Below, one piece after another: positions 62,867 through 64,000 of a DNA stretch of 64,000 nucleotides. The translations under genes and the position numbers were made by a program. The stretch comes from Psammoneis japonica (Eukaryota): assembly GCA_008632985.1 (NCBI GenBank), contig QPGO01000001.1, positions 1,024,404 to 1,088,403 on the forward strand. The letters are read 5' to 3'. How positions within the stretch are numbered: position 1 is the first letter of the stretch; the number at the start of each line of letters is the position of its first letter. The notes under the pieces are model-generated. The model had not been told where the DNA came from and ran no database searches. It saw only the letters and a list, made by a program, of their open reading frames with translations.

Positions 62867-63349
62867 TGCAACACACAGCTGCTGACAAGAGCCAGTGTAT
62901 CACGGCGACGTGTCACAGCCTTTAAATGTCACAAAGGGTGTGACAAAAACAACCTTTTGTCTGCATGCATGCTGCATTGTGAATTCACAGCGGAGTGGTT
63001 CATCGCAACCATCAGGCAGGAGGCCAGGGGTTCGAAACCCTGAGTGGGAGTTGTCTGCAGCAACGTTGATCACTGTCGAACGGGTAAAACTCTGTGCAGT
63101 TCTGTGTGTTCCTTCGCACGCACCCACACTGTTCCACCAAAACCGTGCAGTGTCAGTGCACGTCAGTAAAGAGCCGCATGGATGTGCGACACATGGGGAG
63201 GAGTGCAGTGTGCAGCTGCCAATGAGAGCCAATGAATCACGGCGACGTGTCACAGCCTTTAAATGTCACAAAGGGCGTGACAAAAACAACCTTTTGTCTG
63301 CATGCAAAGGGCATGACAAAAACAACCTTTTGTCTGCATGCATGCTGCA
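62867..63349 (+). mobile_element. TRIM-like miniature LTR element (LTRs 62867-62976 and 63204-63349)
   Basis: 110-bp TG...CA direct repeats (second has an internal 36-bp duplication); PPT ggggaggag before the second LTR; 4-bp TSD AGAT. Confidence 0.7.
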
Positions 63350-64000
63350 AGATGCCACAATTTGAATTTGCAGCATTGGCAGCTCTGACTGCATTCCCAA
63401 GGAGGTGATGTGCAATTGGGTGCTTTTTCTGGAAATGTTTGATGCCAAGGAAAAACCCATGATGTGGCAGATGAAGTGGTGAGCCAGACAGAGTCCAGGC
63501 ACACATGAGACCATGTCTGCTGGATGCCGCACAACACATGGGCCATGCTCCAGGATGTGAGGGTGTGCACCCAGCAGCATGGCACACACACACACACACA
63601 TGAGCACAGAGGAGCACAGCTGCTGCTGGGAAGCAGTGTGTGTTGAAACATTGGGCGAGAGATGGCTTTTGAGGACAAACAGACAATGTTGCAGTCAACA
63701 AAACACTGATGACTGTTGAGAATGTGGCAAATTTGTGCTTGCAACTCCTGATGAATTTTGTTCTTGCTCCCACTTTTCAGTTTCTGCACCTGGTTGACAC
63801 AGCAAATGGCCATGACAGCATCAGAAAAGTGTGCTGTGATCCCCACATGGTGAGTTCAGGGACCGGTGAGACTGGAGTGGATTGTTCAGCAAGCCATGAA
63901 AACAGAAGACAAAAAGTGTCAAGGCAGACATGGCATGACACTCAAAAAAGTGGCATCAATCGAAGGTTGAGAAACAGTCTCTGGAGGACATTGCTGCAAG

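Noticed and set aside
62980..63052. Functional tRNA gene
   Set aside because: No proper anticodon arm or acceptor stem; reported only as tRNA-like boxes in a TRIM.
1..64000. Hundreds of overlapping Cys/His-rich ORFs in repeat blocks as novel metal-binding proteins
   Set aside because: Explained by loss of TAA/TAG/TAY and gain of TG/CA; they occur in all six frames and lack domain motifs.
1..64000. Alternative genetic code or RNA editing as the explanation for Tyr>Cys/His
   Set aside because: Neighbouring genes use Tyr normally, and non-coding DNA on both strands shows the same TA changes.

Overview
Eukaryotic genomic DNA with short GT-AG introns, an ASAF-type plastid presequence and CoDi-like Ty1/Copia elements, so most likely a diatom (inference). 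The window alternates between two compartments. (1) Gene islands of normal composition: a membrane protein gene (1330-2373), a PDZ protein, a membrane sulfatase/alkaline-phosphatase-superfamily gene, a LamG/cadherin-like/TM/WW receptor-like gene, an ankyrin gene and two tandem plastid-targeted SET-domain (LSMT-like) genes. (2) Repeat and pseudogene blocks: a 13.4-kb nested Copia with a 5-bp TSD, an older Copia relic, three amine-oxidase pseudogenes, an interrupted F-box-like gene, a MITE, a TRIM and a 3 x 2.65-kb tandem array. The main observation is a directional, domain-restricted hypermutation in compartment 2 that converts TpA to TpG or CpA (A>G on either strand). It turns Tyr into Cys/His, erases TAA/TAG stops, tends to spare YTAR contexts, runs ahead of CpG decay, and leaves neighbouring genes intact. 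Copy-to-copy comparisons inside the window show it directly. It resembles a RIP-like genome-defence process with reversed (A>G) chemistry; the mechanism is unknown. Most ORFs in the repeat blocks are by-products of stop-codon loss. All comparisons were done by eye.
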